Assembly: GCA_035548675.1 (NCBI GenBank)
Contig: DASZSJ010000016.1
Location: 796-64,795, forward strand
Origin: Solirubrobacterales bacterium
Lineage (GTDB): Bacteria > Actinomycetota > Thermoleophilia > Solirubrobacterales > 70-9
DNA length: 64,000 nt
Reading direction: 5' to 3'
The notes under the pieces were generated by a model. That model was not told where the DNA came from and ran no database searches. It was given only the letters and a program-made list of their open reading frames with translations. The position numbers were made by a program, and so were the translations under genes. This document shows, one piece after another, positions 34,930 through 50,499 of this stretch (positions are counted from its first letter, which is position 1; every line of letters starts with the position of its first letter).

Positions 34930-35262
34930 GTGGAGGGGTTCTGGCCCATCTTCTTCCTGCTCGTCGTGCTGAAGATCCCGGTCTTCGGCGCGCTTTGGCT
35001 CGTCTGGTGGGCAAGCCGCGCGCCCGAGTCCGAGGGCGCCGCGGAGGACTCCGATGGCGGCTTCAAACGCCGGCAGCCGCAGCCGCGCCTGCCGCGCGGC
35101 CCGCGGCGCGGCCCCCACGGCGGTGGCGCGGTGCTGCCGTTGCCCAACTGCCCGCCGGGTGGGCGCACCCGCGTGGTCAAACCCGCTGCGCAGCCCGCCT
35201 TCTCTCGCGCCGGATCTCACGCAGATAGGGCTGGAAGTCCACCTGGATCGTGTGACGCTTAG
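34930..35262 (+). CDS. possible small membrane protein
   Basis: GTG start and an N-terminal TM segment (FWPIFFLLVVLKIPVFGALWLVWW). The 3' end overlaps the convergent FMO gene by 86 nt, so the call is weak. Confidence 0.3.
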   Translation: MEGFWPIFFLLVVLKIPVFGALWLVWWASRAPESEGAAEDSDGGFKRRQPQPRLPRGPRRGPHGGGAVLPLPNCPPGGRTRVVKPAAQPAFSRAGSHADRAGSPPGSCDA

Positions 35263-36499
35263 AGGCGACGTAGCGCTTCTTCATCCTCGCCTCCGCGGCT
35301 GAGATCTCGGCCTGCATCTCGGCCGGCGACGGCAGCGTGCCGCTGCCGTCGAGCAGGTCCCCCACCCACTCCGCCTGCGCCTCGGCCAGCGGCATGATCG
35401 CGCCCAGTGGTTGGATCAGGCCGATGAAGTAGAGGCCCGGGTGCTCGACCGATACGACGCGACGGTAGAGCGGCAGCCGGTTGTCCTTCGCCGCGACGAG
35501 CTCCTCGTCGAGGAAGGGGAAGGTGATCTTGTAGCCCGTGCAATAGACGACGAGGTCGATCTCCTCCTCGCTGCCGTCGACGAAACGGACGGTGTGTCCT
35601 CCGGCGAAGCGATCGATGTTGGGCTTCACCGCAATGTCGCCGTGGCCGAGCCGCGAGAGCAGCTCAGCGGAGATCGTCGGGTGCGCCTCGAGCAGCTTGT
35701 GGTCGGGCTCGGGCAGGCCGTAGGCGGACATGTCCCCCGCGGTAAGGCCCAGCATCCTCCCCAGCACGAAGCGCTGCACGGGCAGCGGCATCATCGTCAG
35801 CAGCTTCGAGGCCGCCTCGTCGGTGGGCTTGCCGTTGAGGTACTTGGGCATGACGTAGGCGCCTCGGCGCATCGCCAGGAAGGTGGCGTCGGCGATCCGC
35901 GAGGACTCGACCGCGATGTCGGTGGCCGAGTTGCCGATGCCGAGCACGAGCACCCGCTTGTCGCGCAGTACCTCCGGCTCGCGATAGTGGTGGACGTGCA
36001 TCTGCTCGCCGGGGAAGGCCTCGGAACCGGGGAACGGCGGTTCCGGCCAACGCGGGTCCCAGTGGTGACCGTTGGCGACGAGAACAGCGCGGTAGCGCTC
36101 GGTCTCGCGCTCGCCGTCCCGGTCCTCGACCGTCACCTCCCACTCGCCGTCGACCGGGACGACGCTCTTCACCTCGGCACGAAAGCGGATCTTCTCGCGC
36201 AGGGCGAAGTGGTCGACGTAGTCGTCGAAGTAGCGAGCGATCTGGAAGTGGTTGGGGTAGTCCGGATAGTCGTCCGGCATCGGGTAGGTGCGGTAGGCCA
36301 TCAACCCGCGCGAGGTGTTTATGTGCAGCGAGCGATAGGCCGAGGAAAGCCCGTTGTCGTTCTCGTAGCGCCAGTTGCCACCGACCTGTGAGCCCTTCTC
36401 GAAGCAGTCGAAGGAGATCCCCCGGGCACCGAGGGTCTGGCAAGCGGCGATGCCGGAGGACCCGGCACCAATCACGCAGACCTTCTGAGCGGCAGCCAC
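35177..36499 (-). CDS. flavin-containing monooxygenase (class B, FMO/BVMO-like)
   Basis: GAGSSG (FAD binding), FPGEQMHVHHY (FMO motif FxGxxxHxxxY) and GIGNSATD (NADPH binding). Confidence 0.85.
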   Translation of the reverse strand: MAAAQKVCVIGAGSSGIAACQTLGARGISFDCFEKGSQVGGNWRYENDNGLSSAYRSLHINTSRGLMAYRTYPMPDDYPDYPNHFQIARYFDDYVDHFALREKIRFRAEVKSVVPVDGEWEVTVEDRDGERETERYRAVLVANGHHWDPRWPEPPFPGSEAFPGEQMHVHHYREPEVLRDKRVLVLGIGNSATDIAVESSRIADATFLAMRRGAYVMPKYLNGKPTDEAASKLLTMMPLPVQRFVLGRMLGLTAGDMSAYGLPEPDHKLLEAHPTISAELLSRLGHGDIAVKPNIDRFAGGHTVRFVDGSEEEIDLVVYCTGYKITFPFLDEELVAAKDNRLPLYRRVVSVEHPGLYFIGLIQPLGAIMPLAEAQAEWVGDLLDGSGTLPSPAEMQAEISAAEARMKKRYVASKRHTIQVDFQPYLREIRRERRRAAQRV

Positions 36500-36512
36500 G
36501 ACCGAAATCTAC

Positions 36513-36572
36513 CTTCCGGTGCGCTTTTGCCCCGATATGCGGGGAAAAAGCGCACCGGAGCGGGATGGCAGG
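36513..36572 (+). repeat. family B hairpin repeat, copy 1
   Basis: cttccggtgcgcttttgccccgatatgcggggaaaaagcgcaccggagcgggatggcagg is about 80% identical to 37361-37420. Confidence 0.7.
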
Positions 36573-36669
36573 GGTGAGGAGGACCACCCCTTGGGTCCGT
36601 AGTCGGGGAGGGCGATCGGGCCGAAGCTGGGGCCATCGGGATTGACAACCAAACGAAAGGAGACCCCCG

Positions 36670-37344
36670 ATGACCAGCAAGAGCCACAAGACCCGCTCGT
36701 TCCGTCCCTCCCCCGCCCTCGTGATCGCTTGCGTCGCCCTGTTCGCCGCCCTCACCGGCAGCGCCATCGCCGCCGGTGTCGGCAAGAACACGGTCCGCTC
36801 GCCCCAGATCGTTAACGGCACGATCCGCACCGTGGACCTGCGCGACAACGCGGTCGCCACCGGCAAGATCGCCCCCAACGCGGTCGCTGCGGGAAAGATC
36901 GCTCCGGACGCGGTGGATACGACGGAGATCGTCGAAAACGGCGTCGAGTCATCCGACGTCGCGCCGGACAGCCTCACGGCGGGTGACCTCGCCCCGGCCT
37001 CGGTCGCCTCCTCGGAGGTCGCCGACCAGTCGCTGAGCGCCGACGACCTCGGCCCCAACTCGGTCGGCTCGAGCGAGCTGCAGGCCGGCTCCGTCCGCGC
37101 CAACGACCTCGGCCCGATCGTCGCCGTCTCGAACAGCACCACGATCAACACCGGTGCCAACGCCAGCGTCAGCGTCAACTGCCCGGCGGGCACGGTCGCG
37201 ATCAGCGGTGGCAACACCGCCGGCGACTACCGGGTCGCCCTCACCGGCGCCCAGCGCAGCGGCAACGGCTGGATCGCCCACGCCCACAACTACGCCCCCA
37301 GCAACACCAGCCTCACCGTCTACGCCTACTGCCTCTCCGCCTGA
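36670..37344 (+). CDS. secreted protein with about 11 tandem decapeptide repeats and a Cys-containing C-terminal domain
   Basis: SD aaaggag lies 8 nt upstream. It has a signal/TM segment (ALVIACVALFAALTGSAIA). Repeats such as DNAVATGKIA/PNAVAAGKIA/PDAVDTTEIV... span about 36784-37113. Confidence 0.7.
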   Translation: MTSKSHKTRSFRPSPALVIACVALFAALTGSAIAAGVGKNTVRSPQIVNGTIRTVDLRDNAVATGKIAPNAVAAGKIAPDAVDTTEIVENGVESSDVAPDSLTAGDLAPASVASSEVADQSLSADDLGPNSVGSSELQAGSVRANDLGPIVAVSNSTTINTGANASVSVNCPAGTVAISGGNTAGDYRVALTGAQRSGNGWIAHAHNYAPSNTSLTVYAYCLSA

Positions 37345-37360
37345 GCAACTAACTCACTGG

Positions 37361-37420
37361 CTTCCGGTGCGCTTTATCCCTCAATGGCGGGGCTAAGGCG
37401 CACCGGAACGGGTTGGCAGC
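37361..37420 (+). repeat. family B hairpin repeat, copy 2
   Basis: cttccggtgcgctttatccctcaatggcggggctaaggcgcaccggaacgggttggcagc. A partial third copy (cttccggtgc) lies at 37521-37530. Confidence 0.7.
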
Positions 37421-37424
37421 ACGA

Positions 37425-37451
37425 GCGGCCCGGGCAAAACACCCGGGCCGC
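37425..37451 (+). terminator. GC-rich hairpin downstream of the secreted-protein gene
   Basis: gcggcccggg-caaaaca-cccgggccgc forms a perfect 10-bp stem. There is no strong U-tract. Confidence 0.4.
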
Positions 37452-37462
37452 TTCGCGTCCCC

Positions 37463-37515
37463 GCGAACTGCATCAAATTCTCTACCTTCCAGGGTGAGAA
37501 TTTGATGCAGTTCGC
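37463..37515. repeat. perfect 20-bp-stem hairpin, relatively AT-rich
   Basis: gcgaactgcatcaaattctc, then the loop taccttccagggt, then gagaatttgatgcagttcgc. Confidence 0.8.
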
Positions 37516-37703
37516 TTGGCGCTTCCGGTGCAAGCGTGCCGCACGTCCCGGTAGCGGGCCAGCTTGACACTCCCGCAAGGGAGATCGACCAGCAGCTTCG
37601 CGATCGTGTTCTTGGCTGCGCCGCTCAGAGCAAGATGCTGCTGCGACCCAGGCGATCGATTCCACGGCGCCAGCCGAGGAATCGCTACCCCTTCCCCCCC
37701 TCA

Positions 37704-37911
37704 GTGGGTCGCCCACGCGCTGCCCTGCGATCGATTTGCCACCGTATAGGTGGGTCAATCGATCGCAGGGCAGCGCGGGCTCCTCCAAGGTGCGGCTCAG
37801 GCGCCACAGGGCTCGCAAGCTCGGTGCCCTTTGCTCGTGGGGTTCTGTTGTGCTCGTGGGGTTCTGTCGAATCGACTGGCTTAGGGCGACTCAAGCTGAG
37901 CCAGTGCCCAC
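37704..37911 (+). repeat. family A structured repeat, copy 4 (longest, with an internal 19-nt tandem duplication)
   Basis: Core tttgccaccgtataggtgggtcaatcga at 37735-37762, enclosed by a perfect 18-bp stem (gcgctgccctgcgatcga / tcgatcgcagggcagcgc). Bases 37832-37850 are duplicated at 37851-37869. Confidence 0.7.
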
Positions 37912-38010
37912 GTCCCGAGCTCGACCGAATTCATCGGAAGCTCGACCGAAGCAGGCGTCGCCACAGGGACCGCTCCCGAGGTCATGGGAGGGGCCGGGTG
38001 CCCCTCATCG

Positions 38011-42072
<4,062 letters not shown>

Positions 42073-42074
42073 TG

Positions 42075-45647
<3,573 letters not shown>

Positions 45648-45810
45648 AGTCGGCGACTCCTCAGACGGTCAGAGGGACGTTAAATACAGCGCAGATATCG
45701 GGCAGGGGATACAACCGGCGCGCGACCGCGAAAAATAACACACGGCAGCGCCCGACCGCGGATTTGGCTCCCTGCCTGGGTTCGCCAACCGCGGTCGATG
45801 CAACTTCGTT

Positions 45811-46206
45811 CTACTTTAGCTCGACGCTGGCGCCGGCCTCCTCGAGTTCGGCCTTGAGCTTGTCGGCCTCCTCGCGTTCGACGCCCTCCTTGATCGCCTT
45901 GGGCGCCTCGTCGACGATCGCCTTGGCCTCTTTGAGGCCGAGCCCGGTCGCCGCGCGCACCACCTTGATCACCGGCACCTTCTGGCCGCCGACCTCGGTC
46001 AGGACGACGTCGACCGTCGAGGCCTCGCCGCCGCCGTCGCCGTCGCCACCTGCGGGGGCACCGGCAGCGGCCGGGGCCGCGGCGGCGACCGCCGTGGCCG
46101 AGACGCCGAACTCCTCCTCGAGGGCCTTGATCCGCTCGGAGAGCTCGAGTACCGAGATGCTCTTCAGCTCTTCGATCCAGTCCTCTGTCGAAACCTTGGT
46201 TGCCAT
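45811..46206 (-). CDS. rplL: 50S ribosomal protein L7/L12
   Basis: 131 aa. C-terminal domain [23 protein letters not shown]. Confidence 0.95.
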   Translation of the reverse strand: MATKVSTEDWIEELKSISVLELSERIKALEEEFGVSATAVAAAAPAAAGAPAGGDGDGGGEASTVDVVLTEVGGQKVPVIKVVRAATGLGLKEAKAIVDEAPKAIKEGVEREEADKLKAELEEAGASVELK

Positions 46207-46926
46207 CTACTCCTCTTCCTTGCTCGCGTCGTCGTTTGAAGTCTCGTCCTGCTCTTCCTGCTCAGAAGTCTCATCGGGAGATGCCTCCGCAGCGGGCTCC
46301 TCCTCAGCTTTGTCCGCCTCAGCTTCGGGCTCAGCAGCCGGGGTCTCTGCTTCGGGCGCCTCAGCCGTCTCTCCGGCGGCTGGCGTGGCGGTGGGTTCCT
46401 CGCCCGCGACAAGTCCCTTCTCGGCGATCTGGCCCAGCTGCAGGGCGAGACCCTGGATCATCGAGCCGAGGCCGCGGACCAGGCCGGTCAGCGGGCTGGC
46501 GACGACGCCGGCGAGCTGGCCGTTCAGCACCTCGCGACCGGGCAGCTTCGAGATCGCCTTGAAGGCGTCCTCGTCGAGGCTGGTGGCGTCCATGAAGCCG
46601 CCCTTGTAGGTGAGCACGTCGTGCTCTTTGTTGAAGCTCGTGATCGCCTTGGCGGCCTGGGCGGTGTCGCCGCGGACGAAGGTGAGGGCGGTCGGGCCCT
46701 TCAGCAGCGCCTCGAGGCGCTCCGCCTCGCCCGCTTTCTCGGCGGCGATTTTGGTCAGGCGGTTCTTGACGATGCGAAAGCTGGCGTCGGCTTCGCGCAG
46801 TTTCGAGCGCAGCTCGGCCGCTTGGGGGACGCTGATGCCCCGGTAGTCGACCGCGAAGATCGCCTCAGCCGCCTCGATGTCGGCCGCGATCTCCTCAATG
46901 GCTTGTGCCTTTTCGTCTCGGTTCAT
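46207..46926 (-). CDS. rplJ: 50S ribosomal protein L10 with an acidic C-terminal extension of about 65 aa
   Basis: L10 core, followed by the tail GEEPTATPAAGETAEAPEAE...SEQEEQDETSNDDASKEEE. The stop abuts the rplL start. Confidence 0.9.
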   Translation of the reverse strand: MNRDEKAQAIEEIAADIEAAEAIFAVDYRGISVPQAAELRSKLREADASFRIVKNRLTKIAAEKAGEAERLEALLKGPTALTFVRGDTAQAAKAITSFNKEHDVLTYKGGFMDATSLDEDAFKAISKLPGREVLNGQLAGVVASPLTGLVRGLGSMIQGLALQLGQIAEKGLVAGEEPTATPAAGETAEAPEAETPAAEPEAEADKAEEEPAAEASPDETSEQEEQDETSNDDASKEEE

Positions 46927-46947
46927 CTCGTCACCTGCACCGGGTTT

Positions 46948-47007
46948 CCACTGTCGACGGGCCTAAAACGTGTCGCTATGTCACGTTTGCGGCCCGTCGG
47001 CGGCTGC
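46948..47007 (-). promoter_or_regulatory. family D hairpin, copy 2, in the rplJ 5' leader (candidate L10-leader structure)
   Basis: In mRNA sense it reads cagccgccgacgggccgcaaacgtgacatagcgacacgttttaggcccgtcgacagtgg and ends 21 nt before the rplJ ATG. Confidence 0.5.
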
Positions 47008-47045
47008 CGGTGGTCTCGGGTTGCGCGACGGCGCAGTGTAGAGGA

Positions 47046-47801
47046 CTAGGCCGTTACGGGCTCCTCGGCCGTTTCGGCCGGCGCAGCGGTGGTGGCGACT
47101 TCGTCCTCGGCGCCGATCTTGGCAGCGTCGACGCGGATGCCGGGGCCCATCGTCGTGCTCACCGTGCAGGTGACGATGTAGCGGCCTTTGGCGGCCGAGG
47201 GCTTGGCGCGGACGATCTCCTCCATCACCGCGGTCAGGTTCTCCAGCAGCTTCTCCGGCTCGAGGCTGGCCTTGCCGATCGACATGTGGACGATCGCCTG
47301 GCGGTCGGTGCGGTACTCGACCTTGCCCGCCTTGGACTCGCTGACGGCTTTCTCGATGTCGTCGGTGACGGTGCCGACCTTGGGGTTCGGCATCTTGCCC
47401 TGCGGGCCGAGCACGCGGCCGAGCTTGCCCACCGTGCCCATCATCTGCGGGGTCGAGATCGCCACGTCGAAGTCGGTCCAGCCCTCCTCCTCGACTTTCT
47501 TGGCGAGGTCCTCGGCGCCGACGAAATCGGCCCCGGCGGCTTCCGCGTCGCGGGCCTGCTGGCCCTGGGCGAAGACGGCGACGGTGACGTCTTTGCCGAG
47601 ACCGTGGGGCAGGGCGAGGGTGCCGCGCAACTGCTCCTCGGCGTGGCGGACGTTGACGCCGAGCAAGACGTGCAGCTCGACCGTCTCGTCGAAGTTGGCG
47701 CTGGCGGTCTCCTTAAGAAGTGCGATCGCCTCGGCGGGCGGGTAGGCGCGGTCGCGCTGGACCTTGTCGAACTGTTTGCGGTAGCGCTTGCCGTGGGCCA
47801 C
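47046..47801 (-). CDS. rplA: 50S ribosomal protein L1 with a short acidic C-terminal tail
   Basis: 251 aa. N-terminus MAHGKRYRKQFDKV.... Confidence 0.95.
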   Translation of the reverse strand: MAHGKRYRKQFDKVQRDRAYPPAEAIALLKETASANFDETVELHVLLGVNVRHAEEQLRGTLALPHGLGKDVTVAVFAQGQQARDAEAAGADFVGAEDLAKKVEEEGWTDFDVAISTPQMMGTVGKLGRVLGPQGKMPNPKVGTVTDDIEKAVSESKAGKVEYRTDRQAIVHMSIGKASLEPEKLLENLTAVMEEIVRAKPSAAKGRYIVTCTVSTTMGPGIRVDAAKIGAEDEVATTAAPAETAEEPVTA

Positions 47802-47809
47802 GGGGTCTC

Positions 47810-48232
47810 CTATTTGACGTCGACGCCCATCGAGCGGGCGGTGCCGGCGATGATCTTCGAGGCGGCGTCGAGGTCGTTGGCGTTGAGGTCGGGCATCTTG
47901 CGCTCGGCGATCTGGCGGACCTGGTCCATCGAGATCGTTCCCACCTTGTTGACGTGGGGCTCGCCCGAGCCCTTCTTGATCCCGATCGCCTCCTTGATCA
48001 GCACCGCGGCCGGGGGCGTCTTGGTGATGAAGGTGAAGGAGCGGTCCTCGTAGACCGTGATCTCGACCGGGATGATCGTCCCGCCTTCGGACTGGGTCTG
48101 GGCGTTGAACGCCTTGCAGAACTCCATGATGTTGACGCCATGCTGGCCCAGCGCGGGGCCGACCGGCGGGGCCGGGTTGGCCGAGCCGGCGGAGATCTGC
48201 AGCTTGATCTGGGTGAGGACTTTCTTTGCCAT
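47810..48232 (-). CDS. rplK: 50S ribosomal protein L11
   Basis: Internal ATG ([29 protein letters not shown]) of ORF 47810..48274. Confidence 0.95.
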   Translation of the reverse strand: MAKKVLTQIKLQISAGSANPAPPVGPALGQHGVNIMEFCKAFNAQTQSEGGTIIPVEITVYEDRSFTFITKTPPAAVLIKEAIGIKKGSGEPHVNKVGTISMDQVRQIAERKMPDLNANDLDAASKIIAGTARSMGVDVK

Positions 48233-48248
48233 CGGGTCGGGAACCATA

Positions 48249-48347
48249 GCTGGCGCGAGAGCCAAGCGATCCAAGGACGCAGGGAGCGTGGCGTGCTTTG
48301 CACGCGAGCGACCGAGGACGCCGGAGCGCGCCGGCTATCGCGCCAGC
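48249..48347 (-). repeat. family C intercistronic structured repeat, copy 4 (nusG-rplK gap)
   Basis: The closing stem is gctggcgcga / tcgcgccagc. In mRNA sense it reads cggcgtcctcgg, then the hairpin cgcgtgc-aaa-gcacgc, then ccctgcgtccttggatcgcttgg. Confidence 0.7.
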
Positions 48348-48871
48348 TAAATCTTCTTCACCTGGTCGTAGCCGACCTCGACCGGTGTCTCGCGGCCGAA
48401 GATCGAGACCAGGACCTTGAGTTTGGCCGCATCCTCGTTGATCTCGGCGATCTCGCCGGAGAAGTCGGAGAGCGGGCCGGAGACGACCTTGACCGACTCG
48501 CCGATCGAGAACTGGGCCTGGGTGCGGGGCCGCTCGGCGGTCTCGCGGTGCAGCAGGCGGTCGACCTCGGGTTTGGAGAGCGGCACCGGCTTGTTGCGCG
48601 AGCCGACGAAGCCGGTCACGCCGGGGGTGTTCTTGACCAGGCCCCAGGCGTCGTCGGTCATCTCCATGTTGACCAGGACGTAGCCCGGCATGGTGCGCTT
48701 CTCCTTGGGTTCTTTCTGGCCGTCCTTGCCAAGCTCCATCACTTGCTCGGTGGGGACGACGACCTGGCGCACGTTGCGGTTCTGGCTCATCGTCTGAACC
48801 CGGTGCTCGAGATTGTGCTTGACCTTGTTCTCGTGACCCGAGTAGGTGTTGATCACGTACCAGCGGTACAT
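48347..48871 (-). CDS. nusG: transcription termination/antitermination factor NusG
   Basis: Internal ATG (MYRWYVINTYSGHENKV...) of ORF 48347..49030, with a KOW region. Confidence 0.93.
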   Translation of the reverse strand: MYRWYVINTYSGHENKVKHNLEHRVQTMSQNRNVRQVVVPTEQVMELGKDGQKEPKEKRTMPGYVLVNMEMTDDAWGLVKNTPGVTGFVGSRNKPVPLSKPEVDRLLHRETAERPRTQAQFSIGESVKVVSGPLSDFSGEIAEINEDAAKLKVLVSIFGRETPVEVGYDQVKKI

Positions 48872-48906
48872 CGTTAGGAAGCCTTGCCCTTTGGTTCGGA
48901 GATCCG

Positions 48907-49437
48907 CTAGAGGATCTGTTTGACGAGGAAGTTGAAGACCGCGTCGAGCGCGCCGAGGTAGGCGGCGGCGACGGTAACGAAGATGATTGTGACGGCGGTG
49001 GCCTGCACGAGGGTGTCTCGGTCCGGCCACTGGACCTTTTTCAGCTCGGCCCAGCAGGAGATGAGGAAGCCGATAACCCCACCGCGCTGACCGGACTGCG
49101 CCTGCTGCGCCTTCTTCTGGCGCTTCTCCAGCTGCTCGCTCTCGCGGCGCTTCTGCTCGGCGCGCTTGCGCTTCTCCGTCTCTTTCGCCGCCTTCGCCTC
49201 GGCGCGCCGCTCGGCGCGCGAGGGCTTGGGGGCGTCGGGGGTCTCGAGCGCGGTTTCGGGAGCACCGGCGCCCATGCCGCGCTCCACCGCCTCGACCTCG
49301 GCGACCTCGGCGGAGACGGGCACCTGGGTGTCGTGCTGGGCCCGCGACTCCGAGGTGCGCTCGGCGCCGACGCGCTTTCGCTCCTGCTCCTCGCGGGCGC
49401 GGCGCTCGGCCTTGCGCTGTGCGCGCGACTTGGCCAT
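48907..49437 (-). CDS. secE: preprotein translocase subunit SecE with a long charged N-terminal extension
   Basis: Internal ATG (MAKSRAQRKAERR...). The C-terminus has the SecE signature ELKKVQWP plus a TM segment. Confidence 0.85.
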   Translation of the reverse strand: MAKSRAQRKAERRAREEQERKRVGAERTSESRAQHDTQVPVSAEVAEVEAVERGMGAGAPETALETPDAPKPSRAERRAEAKAAKETEKRKRAEQKRRESEQLEKRQKKAQQAQSGQRGGVIGFLISCWAELKKVQWPDRDTLVQATAVTIIFVTVAAAYLGALDAVFNFLVKQIL

Positions 49438-49442
49438 CGCCC

Positions 49443-49607
49443 CTAGCGCGTCTCCTTGTGCGCCGTGTGCTTGCCGCACCAGCGACAGTACTTGCGCAGC
49501 TCGATGCGGTCCGGCGAGTTGCGCCTGGACTTGTTGGTCTGGTAATTGCGCCGCTTGCAGTCTTCGCAAGCCAGCGTCACCGCGATGCGGACATCTCCGC
49601 GAGCCAT
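49443..49607 (-). CDS. rpmG: 50S ribosomal protein L33 (zinc-binding type)
   Basis: Not in the ORF track (54 aa). My translation: [61 protein letters not shown] lies upstream. Confidence 0.9.
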   Translation of the reverse strand: MARGDVRIAVTLACEDCKRRNYQTNKSRRNSPDRIELRKYCRWCGKHTAHKETR

Positions 49608-49697
49608 TTACTCCCTCGATTGGGTCGACGCCTTACAAGGAAAAACCTCGGGCCGAGGCGCGAGGCTGAGGCGAAGGATAGCGCCTAGAGTGAGCTG

Positions 49698-50459
49698 GTG
49701 AGCGCGCCCCACTACGACCGGCTCGGCCGTGGATACGCGCTGACGCGCCGGCCCGATCCACGCATCGCGGCGCGGATCGAGGCGGCGCTCGGTGAGGCTC
49801 GCACGGTACTCAACGTCGGGGCCGGGACGGGCTCCTACGAGCCGGCCGACCGCGAGGTGATGGCGGTCGAGCCTTCGGGCGAGATGATCGCCCAGCGCCC
49901 GGCCGGTTCGGCGCCGGTCGCGCAGGCGAGCGCCGAAGCGCTGCCCTTCGAGGCGGACAGCTTCGATGCGGCGATGGCGGTGCTGACCGCGCACCACTGG
50001 CCGGACCTGGAGCGGGGCCTGGCCGAGATGAGACGGGTGAGCCGCGAGCGCATCGTCATCGTCACCTTCGACCACGAGGTCCTGGAGGAGCTCTGGATCG
50101 CGCGCGACTACTTTCCGGCGATGCTCTCGCCCAAGCGCCGGGCGGGGGCGACGAGCGGCGAGCTGCTGCGGTGCCTCGCCGGGGCGAGCGCCTCCGCCAT
50201 CCCGGTGCCGCACGATTGCAGCGACCTCTTCTTCGCTGCCCTCTGGGCGCGGCCGGAGCTGCTGCTCGACGAGGAGGTGCTGCGGCCGATGTGGGTCTGG
50301 CAGAGCATCACGGCGGAGGCGCGGCGCGGCGGCCGCGAACGGCTCGTCGCCGACCTCGAGAGCGGCGCCTGGGAGGAGCGCCACGGGCACCTGCGCGAGC
50401 GGGGCGAGCTGGACGTGGGGCTGCGGCTGGTGAGCGCGCCGGTGCGCGGTCGCGGTTGA
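49698..50459 (+). CDS. class I SAM-dependent methyltransferase
   Basis: Motif I VLNVGAGTGSYE. GTG start. Confidence 0.8.
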   Translation: MSAPHYDRLGRGYALTRRPDPRIAARIEAALGEARTVLNVGAGTGSYEPADREVMAVEPSGEMIAQRPAGSAPVAQASAEALPFEADSFDAAMAVLTAHHWPDLERGLAEMRRVSRERIVIVTFDHEVLEELWIARDYFPAMLSPKRRAGATSGELLRCLAGASASAIPVPHDCSDLFFAALWARPELLLDEEVLRPMWVWQSITAEARRGGRERLVADLESGAWEERHGHLRERGELDVGLRLVSAPVRGRG

Positions 50460-50499
50460 TGGTTGAGATCCGCGCCCCCGGTAGTAGTACGTTTTCGGC

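Noticed and set aside
37918-37950. The direct repeat agctcgaccgaa (37918-37929 and 37940-37951) downstream of rpoC, which shares tcgaccgaag with the candidate att core.
   Set aside because: Only 10 nt are shared, within a GC-rich context, so this is plausibly chance. There is no recombinase nearby.
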